From Elusimicrobiota bacterium (lineage in GTDB: Bacteria > Elusimicrobiota > UBA8919): DNA of 64,000 bases. The position numbers and the translations under genes are program-made. Location of the stretch: NCBI GenBank assembly GCA_028718185.1, contig JAQUMH010000002.1:4088-68087 (forward strand), given 5' to 3'. The notes under the pieces were generated by a model. That model was given only the letters and a program-made list of their open reading frames with translations. It was not told where the DNA came from and did not search any database. Positions 47,192-56,529 of this stretch are shown piece by piece (within the stretch, counting starts at the first letter, position 1; every line of letters starts with the position of its first letter).

Positions 47192-50100
47192 TTATTCTAT
47201 AAGCCGTTTAAAATAATCTTTTATTATTGTTTCATATTTTTGCGGATATTTTTGTCTGAGTGATTCAATTATTGATTCCCTGAATTCTTTTGGCGGCTTA
47301 TATTCGTCGATTGAAGGTATTTTTACGAAACCTTCCCTGAACCCCGTATAACCGCCTTCTTTATTACCTCTATTCCCGCGTGTTCTAAATTTACCACCCA
47401 TCCCCATTGAACCTTTGCCCCCCATACTACTCGCCTGTCCCATTTGACTTAAAGCGCCTTCTAACCCCTCTTTACCACTTAACAAATCATTGAGCGCTTT
47501 TTTTTCAAAATCAACTGCTGACGGGTCATTGGCGTTTGAAAGTTCATCACTAGCCGAACCCATCGCTTCCTGGGACGATAAAATCTTTTTGGCAGCATCT
47601 GACGGTATGGAAAGCGTCTTGCTTAATATTCCAAGGACTTTTTTGTGCAGTAATTGTGCCTGTTTTTGATTTAATTTTTGTGTTTTTGACAGTTGATTAT
47701 GCTTTTCTAAATCGTTTTCTGTAAAAATACTTGTTTTTGGCGGTGCAAATTTCTTCAATTCATTAAGAATCTCCTGTTCAATAGTTTTGCTTGATAAAAC
47801 ATATTCAGCAGATTTTTTAATATTTACATTTTTGGATATATTTTCAAGTTCCGCTATTATTGTTATTAATAATTCATTTGACTTTTCAATTTTTTCATCG
47901 GTAAATTCCTTTAAAACAATTCCCATCTGGGTTTCAGGCTGGACATAAAGATTAAAAACAGACGGATGTGTTGTTGTGCTTTTTTCAATAATTGTTTTTG
48001 AATCGTTGAGTCTGGACATTGCCAATTTCTGTTTTTCTACAAGTTTTTTAAGCAATTCTTTTTGCAATGACAATATCTTCTTTGCCCGTTGCATGTCCAA
48101 TTCCTGAGTACTATTCAAAATCTTCCGCTGTTCTTCTACTATCTTGTCCAGGTCATTAAGCGATTCTTCTGTTTCCTTTTGAAGTTTCTGCTGTGCACTG
48201 CTTGTTGTTGAATTTGAAGAATTTTCCATTGTATTAAGGATATCGGATATTTGCTTGCTGAGTTTTTCAGCAAGCTCTATCGCTTTATCAATATTACCGG
48301 ATTGAAGAGACCACTTCATTTCATCTGCTGCCGATCTCATTTCAGTAAGATCTATTTTTTTCACATTCTCATCGTTTGCAAAATCTTCCGGTAATTTTTG
48401 CGGCATTTCTGAAACTTTTTTTGATAATTCTTCCATCAGCTTGGAAAGTTTTTCATTTGCTTCCTGAAGTTTTTTCATCTTTTCCGGATCTGAAAAATTT
48501 TTCATATCTTTAAGATTTTGTTCTATATCTGACGAAGTATCCGCCATATCTCTTACAGTGGAAAGCATATCTTCCATTTTTTGTTTTTTAGCAATATCTT
48601 CTGAAAATACACCCAGTCTTTTAAGTTCTTCTATTATTTCATCCTGTACCCGTTCCGCATTATCATATTGTTTATTAGAAAGCGAATCCTCAGCTTCGTT
48701 CATTTTCTGTTCCCCGATTGTCTTTGCCGCTTCAAGTAAATTTTTATACTCTGAATATGCATTATAATCAGTTAACGGATCGTTTGCCATTTTTTCCACT
48801 GTCTTACTGAATTCATCTGTTGCTTTATTCATTAACTCCTGTGCATTTTTCTGCATATTAGCAGCATTTTCAATATCACGTTTAGCAAGTGATGTTCTGC
48901 TCTGAAGCTGTCTGGATAATATTTCCTGCAATTTCCTATTGAAATCAGATATTTCATCTTCTATAATTTTGTGTTCCATTTCATATGACATAACCTCAAT
49001 ACTATATGTTTTTGAATTTCCGGTTAAATGAGCAGGATAAATATTATTATCTGCAACTTCAAGACGATATTGGATTACATCGCCCGGTTTCAACCCCAAA
49101 TCAGCTACTGATATTTCATAATCATCTAATATTTTCTGTGTAGGTTTTATAAATGATTTTATTTTCACCTGTTTTTTAAGCGTTAAATAGTCTATATTGA
49201 TTTCTGATATCCCGAAATCATCTTCTGCGGAATAGATAATTTTTAATTTTTCATTTTCCGAAACTATAATATCGCAGGCAGGAGCAACTATTTCAATAAC
49301 AGGCGGACTGTTTTTAGTTACGCTAACCTTGTACTTCACGGGTTGCCTGTAGATATCCCCGTCAATAGAAACTGCTTCTATCCAGTATTCAGTTTGATTT
49401 TGTATTACAAATTGGGAAGTAATTAGATTTTTAGAAATATCCATTTTATTTTTTTCATTCATATCGGTTATCAAAAATGCTTCTTTGGCTTTTTTATTTG
49501 TCTGTGCAGTGATTTTAACCGTAGTACCTACCGGCGCTTCTATATCGCTTTCTTCAACAATTTTGTCCGGTAATCCTATGTATGAAGGATATATATATTC
49601 AAGTTTTATATCAGCGATTGTAAACGGCGAAGTTATTTTCACATCATACTTATGTGATTTATTGTCCAATACTACGACATAATATTCTGTATTATCTGTT
49701 ATTTTTTCAATAGCCTCCGCATATTCGCCTTTACCTGTTTTTTTCATTTTCTTTTTATGCCATTCACTGTTAGCTTCTCTAAAATAAAGATATGGCGTTG
49801 ATTTGTCAGGTTTAACAACTGCACGAATATTCACATCACTACCAAGATTAACTGAAATATCTCCTGGCAAAACTGCAATTTCCATCGCCGAAAGAAAAGG
49901 TATTAAATATCTTTTTAATTGAAGTGAATTGAAAAATAAAGCAAAATTCACCAGGAAAATTAAAAATACAATGATAATATTTTTCAATGGTTTGAAATCT
50001 GTGAATTTTTTTAATAAATCCTTAGAAATTTTTGATGATGTGATTCTTACGAATTCTTCGGCAAATAACGATGATGTTTCGGAATATTTATTATTTTTAA

Positions 50101-50413
50101 GTTGAATTGCATTTATCAAGTCATCTTTCAATGTGCTGTTTTTTTTCTGAATCAAAATCGCTATATCTTCATTTGCTGTTTTTAAATAAATTATTTTTAG
50201 TATTATCTTCATAATAAATACTATTGAAAACACAATCATTACCAGCCATAGAGAGACTCTTAATGCATATGACGATAAATTAAAAATATCGGCAAAATAA
50301 TTTATAAACACAATAAAAAACAAGAATATGAAGATTTTTGTAATATTTTCAACAATATACAAAAACATTATCCTCTTCTTTGTCTTTGATATTAAATTAT
50401 TTATATTATCCAT
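47192..50413 (-). CDS. large membrane-anchored coiled-coil protein (DUF4175-like), probable member of a Bat-like operon
   Basis: 1073 aa. About 4 N-terminal TM helices, a beta-rich region, then more than 600 aa of predicted coiled coil rich in E/K/Q/L, and a C-terminal conserved block (YKPPKEFRESIIESLRQKYPQKYETIIKDYFKRL). Confidence 0.4.
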   Translation of the reverse strand: MDNINNLISKTKKRIMFLYIVENITKIFIFLFFIVFINYFADIFNLSSYALRVSLWLVMIVFSIVFIMKIILKIIYLKTANEDIAILIQKKNSTLKDDLINAIQLKNNKYSETSSLFAEEFVRITSSKISKDLLKKFTDFKPLKNIIIVFLIFLVNFALFFNSLQLKRYLIPFLSAMEIAVLPGDISVNLGSDVNIRAVVKPDKSTPYLYFREANSEWHKKKMKKTGKGEYAEAIEKITDNTEYYVVVLDNKSHKYDVKITSPFTIADIKLEYIYPSYIGLPDKIVEESDIEAPVGTTVKITAQTNKKAKEAFLITDMNEKNKMDISKNLITSQFVIQNQTEYWIEAVSIDGDIYRQPVKYKVSVTKNSPPVIEIVAPACDIIVSENEKLKIIYSAEDDFGISEINIDYLTLKKQVKIKSFIKPTQKILDDYEISVADLGLKPGDVIQYRLEVADNNIYPAHLTGNSKTYSIEVMSYEMEHKIIEDEISDFNRKLQEILSRQLQSRTSLAKRDIENAANMQKNAQELMNKATDEFSKTVEKMANDPLTDYNAYSEYKNLLEAAKTIGEQKMNEAEDSLSNKQYDNAERVQDEIIEELKRLGVFSEDIAKKQKMEDMLSTVRDMADTSSDIEQNLKDMKNFSDPEKMKKLQEANEKLSKLMEELSKKVSEMPQKLPEDFANDENVKKIDLTEMRSAADEMKWSLQSGNIDKAIELAEKLSKQISDILNTMENSSNSTTSSAQQKLQKETEESLNDLDKIVEEQRKILNSTQELDMQRAKKILSLQKELLKKLVEKQKLAMSRLNDSKTIIEKSTTTHPSVFNLYVQPETQMGIVLKEFTDEKIEKSNELLITIIAELENISKNVNIKKSAEYVLSSKTIEQEILNELKKFAPPKTSIFTENDLEKHNQLSKTQKLNQKQAQLLHKKVLGILSKTLSIPSDAAKKILSSQEAMGSASDELSNANDPSAVDFEKKALNDLLSGKEGLEGALSQMGQASSMGGKGSMGMGGKFRTRGNRGNKEGGYTGFREGFVKIPSIDEYKPPKEFRESIIESLRQKYPQKYETIIKDYFKRLIE

Positions 50414-50447
50414 AATTATTAAATATTATGTGGCTATTGAAAAATTT

Positions 50448-52292
50448 CTATTTTATTAATTTCCCCTTTGCTATTTCAAGATACTTTTTTGCTTCACTGT
50501 TATTTGGATTATTTTTAATTACAGTTTGTAATTCAACAATAACTTTCTTCCAATCGCTTTTTTGCCAATATAAAATTGCGAGCTCATAATGTACATCTGT
50601 ATAATTTGGATTTAAACGTAAAGCCTCTTTGAATTCTTTTATTGCAGCATCAGTGTTGTTAACGCGGGGGAACATTCTGCCTAGATTAAAATGAATATCA
50701 GCATTATTTGTCATATCATAAACAAATATAGAATACCCTATTTTATCTACAGGTTCGTATTTTTTTAACCAATCGAAAGCATGAATATCACCTAAATATA
50801 AACCTTGCAGATAAGTGGCACTTACAGCTAAAAGATTCTGTCCCTTTTTATTTACATAATCAACTTCCGGAGAACAGACAGGCGTTAGTATATGCTGTCC
50901 CTTTAGTCCATAGTACATTGAGTCACCTTGTCCAAAATAACACTCTACTAAATTTGCCGGTTTTACTTTATCAATATATTTTTTAAGACCCTTTAAATCC
51001 TGCCCCCAGTCAAGATTTGATTCTACAACATATTTCCACCCGTTCTTTGGTCCGCCGATAAACTCATTAAAATATGCCAGATGATGAGGGAATATACGTA
51101 CAGCCGAATAAAGATACCACAGACAAAGAAATAACACTGCCATTTTTTTTACTATCTTGCTATTTGCATTAACTGCGTTAAAAACATTAACCACACTTCC
51201 TGCCAATACAAAAAGGAACGGGTAAACAGGCAGTATATATCTTAATCCTAATTGTGTTTGACTTTTAGATGCACTAACAAAAAATATAAATGCCGGAAGA
51301 AAAACAAATATTTCATCATTATTCCACAAGCATTTCATATGCTTGTGGCTTATTTTTATCAAACTCCAAAACAACAATATTATAAATGGAACCGGCGTTT
51401 TTATTAAAAATGCTATTATAAAATAATACCACCAACCGCCTGACGAATAGCTTCCCATTAGAAAATTAGGATTTCCTGCTTCTTTTGTTTTAACAATTAT
51501 AGATGAAAAAACGATACTTATTCCTTTAAAATATGAACCTATACCTGTCACCCTGTAGGATAATAAAATAACACAACATGCAATAATAACAGAACTTATC
51601 AATCTCCACCATTTTTTGTTTAATTTATTATATTCAAAACCTGCTAAAAGCATAAATACAGGAACAAGCACTATACTCGAGACTTTTGATACCTGAGCCA
51701 AACCAAAACAAAACCCTACTAATAAAGCATTTAACCAAGTTTGTTTTTTAGAAAATTTCCAGAAAAAATATACACTTAAAAATATAAAAACCGTTACCCC
51801 AAAATCCGTTGTTGCAATTCCAGAATGCGATATAATGTCAGCTGAGAAAGAATAAAGAAATAATGTCAATAACCCCGCCTTCACCCCATATAACCGGCTT
51901 GAAAATTTGAAAACAAAAAAACCCAGCAAAAGAGCCAGAATAAATATCGGTATTCTGCCAAGAAAAAGTATTTTATCAGCACTTGTTGTATTTTCATATA
52001 GGAACTTTTTTCCGTAAGCAAATAGTTCTCCGGCATTGTCTTTTAAATTTTCCGGAGGAAGAGGCGGAAGTTTTAATTTAAGCGGTAATAGAAAACTTGC
52101 AGATAACATTCTCAAAAAAGGCGGATTATTCGGTGCAAAACTAAAATCCCCTGTTTTTAAATTATAATACCCTACAGCTAAATAATGCGGTTCGTCATAA
52201 ACCGGGCATTTCGTCCATGGACCAAATGCAACCTGGAGTCCAAAAACAATAAAAAGAAACATAATAATCAGCAATTCAATCTTTCTATTCAT
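50448..52292 (-). CDS. GT-C fold membrane glycosyltransferase (PMT_2 / ArnT-like, GT83/GT39-type) fused to C-terminal TPR repeats
   Basis: 614 aa. DEPHY motif in the first periplasmic loop, followed by a PPF.. segment. About 11 TM helices. The C-terminal about 110 aa form TPRs (NLGRMF...AILYWQKSDWKKVIVELQTVIKNNPNN) homologous to the TPR tails of the three downstream DUF2723 genes. Confidence 0.55.
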   Translation of the reverse strand: MNRKIELLIIMFLFIVFGLQVAFGPWTKCPVYDEPHYLAVGYYNLKTGDFSFAPNNPPFLRMLSASFLLPLKLKLPPLPPENLKDNAGELFAYGKKFLYENTTSADKILFLGRIPIFILALLLGFFVFKFSSRLYGVKAGLLTLFLYSFSADIISHSGIATTDFGVTVFIFLSVYFFWKFSKKQTWLNALLVGFCFGLAQVSKVSSIVLVPVFMLLAGFEYNKLNKKWWRLISSVIIACCVILLSYRVTGIGSYFKGISIVFSSIIVKTKEAGNPNFLMGSYSSGGWWYYFIIAFLIKTPVPFIILLFWSLIKISHKHMKCLWNNDEIFVFLPAFIFFVSASKSQTQLGLRYILPVYPFLFVLAGSVVNVFNAVNANSKIVKKMAVLFLCLWYLYSAVRIFPHHLAYFNEFIGGPKNGWKYVVESNLDWGQDLKGLKKYIDKVKPANLVECYFGQGDSMYYGLKGQHILTPVCSPEVDYVNKKGQNLLAVSATYLQGLYLGDIHAFDWLKKYEPVDKIGYSIFVYDMTNNADIHFNLGRMFPRVNNTDAAIKEFKEALRLNPNYTDVHYELAILYWQKSDWKKVIVELQTVIKNNPNNSEAKKYLEIAKGKLIK

Positions 52293-52300
52293 ATATTAAG

Positions 52301-52396
52301 AAACACGAATTATCACGAATGTTATGACACATCACGAATTTATCACGAATATTCGTATCCTATTCGTGATTTTTTGGTTATTCGTGTTCATTCGTG
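52301..52396. promoter_or_regulatory. palindromic array of heptamers (4 x CACGAAT then 4 x ATTCGTG) abutting the start codon of the PMT_2-like gene
   Basis: cacgaat occurs at 52304, 52314, 52332 and 52344; attcgt(a/g) at 52351, 52362, 52379 and 52389. The symmetry centre is acgaatattcgt (52345-52356). The array begins 9 nt upstream of the ATG (reverse complement at 52290-52292). Confidence 0.5.
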
Positions 52397-54568
52397 TATT
52401 TGAGCGTTTTTCCTTGCCATGTAAAGATATTTCTGGGCATCGATATTGTTTGGATTGATTTTTAGAGTTTTTTCAAGTTCTTCAATAACTTTATCCCATT
52501 TATTAAGACGCCAATATGCCACTGCCATATTATAGTGTGCATCCATATAATCGGATTTAATTTTGACTGCTTCGTTATATTCGGAAATAGCTTCATTAGT
52601 TTTGTTTTGTTTTTCATAAATAGTCCCAAGATTATTATAAACAATTGCCCAATCGTAAAGAATTGAATCAACCACTTCCGGAAAAGACTTATATTCAATT
52701 GCATCATTGTACATTTTTGTATAATATTTTATTGATTCCTTATAGTAATACTCGGTTTTTTCTAAATCATTTTTTTGATAATAAAGCCAGCCGAGATTAT
52801 AATATATAGAAGGATAATCTTCTTTTATTGATATTGCTTCATTAAATTTTATTATTGCATCTTTTTCTTTATCTTCCCTCATAAAGAAAAGACCTGCTTT
52901 GAACAAAGAATCGGCATATTGTGAGATAATTTTCTGTGTAAAAAAATCCGGATATGCAGATGCATTGAGAACGCTTCTCTTTATGTAAAATTCCACAAAA
53001 TTAACCGGCTTATCAAATACTGTTTTTATATCTTTTACCTGAAAAACCAGCCCATAAGGATAAACATAATATTTCTGACCAAGCATTTCGTAATCTTCAA
53101 CATCACTTGTAAAACAGACATTCCTGTTTTTATTGAATATATAAAACTGGGAAAATGTATCCGGATTATTTAATGAAAAAACATCCGTATTTTTATATTT
53201 TTTTAACGTTTCCTGATACCATTTACTTCCCGAAAGTCCTTTTGCTATAACTGTAATATCATTACGTTTATTTTCCACATACTGTAAATACCATTCTGAA
53301 AAAACCTGAATATCTTCTCTTGATATAATTATTGAATTGGCCGGAAGAGACCTGAAAACGTTCCTTGCAAAATCGTATGCAGTAAAATTATTACGCATAT
53401 TTTGTTTACCTATATTTAATGTAAATAACCATATTGGAATTATTAAAAAAATAATAGAAACCGTTTTTAACTTTCGGGACACAAAATATATCCCGAAACC
53501 AAACCACAAAGCAAGCATTAAATCAGAAATTAAATAGTGCGGTTCCACAATTGCAAGTGCATACGGGTTAGGCGGCATTTTAGCAATTGTAATGAAAAAA
53601 GGTCCTGTGATAATGTAAATCATTAATGTTGATATCAAAAAATCCTTTTTTGCTTTATACAAATATAAAAATCCAAAAAATACTATCGGAATACCAATAA
53701 TGGTAAATAGATTAAAAGTTCTTTCTAAATAGACCTTCATTCCCGAGTAAAAAACATCACTGATTTTATATCTTGTGGAGATTAAATCCAATGTTTTCCC
53801 GTGCGTTTTACGGGTAATTGTATCCATTACTGTCTGTATATTATCGGGTTTATTCCAATTTAGATATGGCTGAGTTTTTGACCTTGCAGGCAAAAATGCA
53901 AATATAGAAAAACCAAGAAAAAACAGAATTACATAAGTAATTATATTTTTAATTGAAAAAAGGTTTTGTATTTTACTCTTTACAACCCAATATAAAATCC
54001 CGGGAACAATTAAAATTATCTCAATACGGTTGCCTGTCGCTAGCCCTAACAGGAAAGAAACGAGTAACAAGTAACGAGTAGTGAGTAATAAATAAATTAT
54101 CAATACAATAAAAAAGATGTTTAGAGTATACATTTCCGCGACTACTGAAACAGACCATAAGGTCTTGGAAAAAGCAAAAATAAGAACAGGTAAGCAGGCG
54201 GATAATAAGAAAGCGGGATTGTGCGATTGTGGGATTGTGGAATAGAGAGAGTGCGGGATTGCGGGATTGTGGGATTGCGGGATAGAAAAAGAACAGGTCA
54301 ACTGCTTTATAATCAAATATATGATACTACAAGTTAAAGCGCCAAAAACAGCACTCATGCAGTTTACACGATAGGCTATATTTCCGAATGGAATTAAAAT
54401 TGTAAAGATTTTTCCAAGAACCACATATAACGGATACCCGGGCGGGTGAGCTATTCCATACTTGTAACAAACAGATACCATCTCTCCTGCATCACGATAG
54501 ATTGCAACCGACGGGAACAATGTATAAACAAACACCCAAAATGTTAATAAAAACAAGAAATAAATCAT
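52388..54568 (-). CDS. DUF2723 (TMEM260-like GT-C fold putative protein O-glycosyl/mannosyl-transferase) fused to C-terminal TPR repeats; paralog 1
   Basis: 726 aa. N-terminal YRDAGEMVSVCYKYGIAHPPGYPLY, a DUF2723 hallmark shared with paralogs 2 and 3. At least 10 TM helices. An in-frame IPQSHNPA-type repeat encoded by 9-bp gggattgtg/gcgggattg repeats (54211-54285). C-terminal TPRs. Confidence 0.55.
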   Translation of the reverse strand: MIYFLFLLTFWVFVYTLFPSVAIYRDAGEMVSVCYKYGIAHPPGYPLYVVLGKIFTILIPFGNIAYRVNCMSAVFGALTCSIIYLIIKQLTCSFSIPQSHNPAIPHSLYSTIPQSHNPAFLLSACLPVLIFAFSKTLWSVSVVAEMYTLNIFFIVLIIYLLLTTRYLLLVSFLLGLATGNRIEIILIVPGILYWVVKSKIQNLFSIKNIITYVILFFLGFSIFAFLPARSKTQPYLNWNKPDNIQTVMDTITRKTHGKTLDLISTRYKISDVFYSGMKVYLERTFNLFTIIGIPIVFFGFLYLYKAKKDFLISTLMIYIITGPFFITIAKMPPNPYALAIVEPHYLISDLMLALWFGFGIYFVSRKLKTVSIIFLIIPIWLFTLNIGKQNMRNNFTAYDFARNVFRSLPANSIIISREDIQVFSEWYLQYVENKRNDITVIAKGLSGSKWYQETLKKYKNTDVFSLNNPDTFSQFYIFNKNRNVCFTSDVEDYEMLGQKYYVYPYGLVFQVKDIKTVFDKPVNFVEFYIKRSVLNASAYPDFFTQKIISQYADSLFKAGLFFMREDKEKDAIIKFNEAISIKEDYPSIYYNLGWLYYQKNDLEKTEYYYKESIKYYTKMYNDAIEYKSFPEVVDSILYDWAIVYNNLGTIYEKQNKTNEAISEYNEAVKIKSDYMDAHYNMAVAYWRLNKWDKVIEELEKTLKINPNNIDAQKYLYMARKNAQIHE

Positions 54569-56529
54569 AATCTTTTTTTAGCTATTTCCAGATAATTTTT
54601 CACATCAGCTCTTTCCGGATTTATCTGTAAAACTTTTTCAAATTCTTCCACCACACCCTGCCAGTTTTTCATATCCCAGTATAAAGCTGCTAAACTATAA
54701 TGTGCATCTTCATAATTTGGGAATATTTCAATGGCATTTTTAAACATTAATATCGCCGTATTTTTTTGATTAGTTTCAATATAATACTTTGATAATGTAA
54801 GATAATAAAAATAAGCTAAAATAGCATCACGAAACCTCGAATACTTTCCTCTTAATGCATAAATATAAGAAAAATCATGTTGAGGCATTTCCTTGTTAAG
54901 TGAATATAAAAGCCCTGCATTATAAAATTTCATATCACTGAAATAATCAGGATTTTCAGCTAAATAATAAGTGCTTTTCCCGCTATCTAAAATCATTTTT
55001 CTTTCAATCGGCAACCTAACCATCCGCCTTTCACTACCCTTAATCCAATAATACCTATCACCATATATGTTGGGAAAAACACTTGCATTACAGTCAAAAA
55101 CATCTACTGTCGGCCTTCTTTTTTCAACTATTTTCTGATATGCAAGAATAAATACAGATTCATCTGCTTTATCCAGAAAAAGCAATGAGTTATTTGAAAC
55201 AGTTTTCAAAATATTTTTGCCGAGGTCAAACGGGAAGAAATTGTATCTTAAATTGTTTCTTTGAAAGTTTGCCGAAAACTGGAAAACCAAAAATCCTGTT
55301 ATAAAAATATAAGCCACGAACGTGCAAACCGCTTTATGGTAAACCCAGGTTGTTTTATCGACTATATACTTTACCCCCATACCAATCCATATTGCGAATA
55401 TTATTACTGAAGGTATGTGAAAGGGTTCGAGCAGGTCTCTCGTAGAATCATCTACAGGTTTATTAGCCAAAAACATAAAAATTGGTCCAGAAAAAAAGAA
55501 GATTAAAAATAGAAACCAAAAATATTTCTTTTCTTTTTTATAATTATAAATAAAACCGGTAATTCCTAAAATAGATCCAAAGACAGTAAATGAATCTACG
55601 ATATTTTTAATATATTCCCAAAGCTGCTGCATCAGCAGAGGCAGGGGTCTAAATAAATATCCCCCTTTCTCTTCAATATGCATTACACCGCCGTATCCTA
55701 TCCTGAAAACTACTCTTAAAAAATTTATAAACTTACCGGGATTGTCCCAATTGGCTATCGGATTTTGGCGGGAACGAATAAACAAATATAAATATAGTGA
55801 AAAACCAAGTAAAAAAAATAGCGTCCAATGTCCGATGTCCCTGCCCCGTGGCAAGGCGGGCGATGTCCAATGTCTTAAAGGTTTATTTTGAACTGAGTTT
55901 GCTCCGCTCAAAACAGGATACTTAGGACTTTGGAGTATTAAATATAACATACCGGGAAATAAAAGTACTAGTGTATGGTGGTTACAAAGCCCTAAACCGA
56001 ATAAGAAAGAAATGAGTAACGAGTAACGATTAACGAGTAATAAATAAATAATCAATATGACAAAAAACGCGTTTAATGTGTATATCCCGCCTTTTGTCTG
56101 GACACATTGAGACCAAAATATATTAGAAAAAGCTAAGAAAAAGGCGGATAAGAAAGCGGGAAAGCGGGAAAGTGGGAAAGCGGGATTGTGCGATTGAGAG
56201 ATAGCGGAATCGTGGGATTGTGCGATTGTGGGATTGTGGGATAGAGGGTCAGCGGACGAGCTGGTAAGATGCTTCATTAACAAATACATTATACCGCAGG
56301 TTAATGCTCCGAAAAAGACGCTCATGCAATTTACACGATATGCTATGTTTCCATAAGGGATTAAAATTGTAAATATCTTCCCAAGCAACACATACAACGG
56401 ATATCCCGGCGGGTGACTAATACCCAAAACGTACGAAGAAGTTATAAGTTCGCCACTATCGCCTGTACATACAGTAGGTGAAGAAGTGAATAGTAATATT
56501 CCTAAGTTTATCAAAAATACTATTATCAT
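54565..56529 (-). CDS. DUF2723 + TPR membrane glycosyltransferase-like protein; paralog 2
   Basis: 654 aa. CTGDSGELITSSYVLGISHPPGYPLYVLLGKIF. VNTR region 56155-56250 (gcgggaaag/gggattgtg units encoding SHNPTIAQSHDSAISQSHNPAF). C-terminal TPRs. Confidence 0.55.
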   Translation of the reverse strand: MIIVFLINLGILLFTSSPTVCTGDSGELITSSYVLGISHPPGYPLYVLLGKIFTILIPYGNIAYRVNCMSVFFGALTCGIMYLLMKHLTSSSADPLSHNPTIAQSHDSAISQSHNPAFPLSRFPAFLSAFFLAFSNIFWSQCVQTKGGIYTLNAFFVILIIYLLLVNRYSLLISFLFGLGLCNHHTLVLLFPGMLYLILQSPKYPVLSGANSVQNKPLRHWTSPALPRGRDIGHWTLFFLLGFSLYLYLFIRSRQNPIANWDNPGKFINFLRVVFRIGYGGVMHIEEKGGYLFRPLPLLMQQLWEYIKNIVDSFTVFGSILGITGFIYNYKKEKKYFWFLFLIFFFSGPIFMFLANKPVDDSTRDLLEPFHIPSVIIFAIWIGMGVKYIVDKTTWVYHKAVCTFVAYIFITGFLVFQFSANFQRNNLRYNFFPFDLGKNILKTVSNNSLLFLDKADESVFILAYQKIVEKRRPTVDVFDCNASVFPNIYGDRYYWIKGSERRMVRLPIERKMILDSGKSTYYLAENPDYFSDMKFYNAGLLYSLNKEMPQHDFSYIYALRGKYSRFRDAILAYFYYLTLSKYYIETNQKNTAILMFKNAIEIFPNYEDAHYSLAALYWDMKNWQGVVEEFEKVLQINPERADVKNYLEIAKKRL

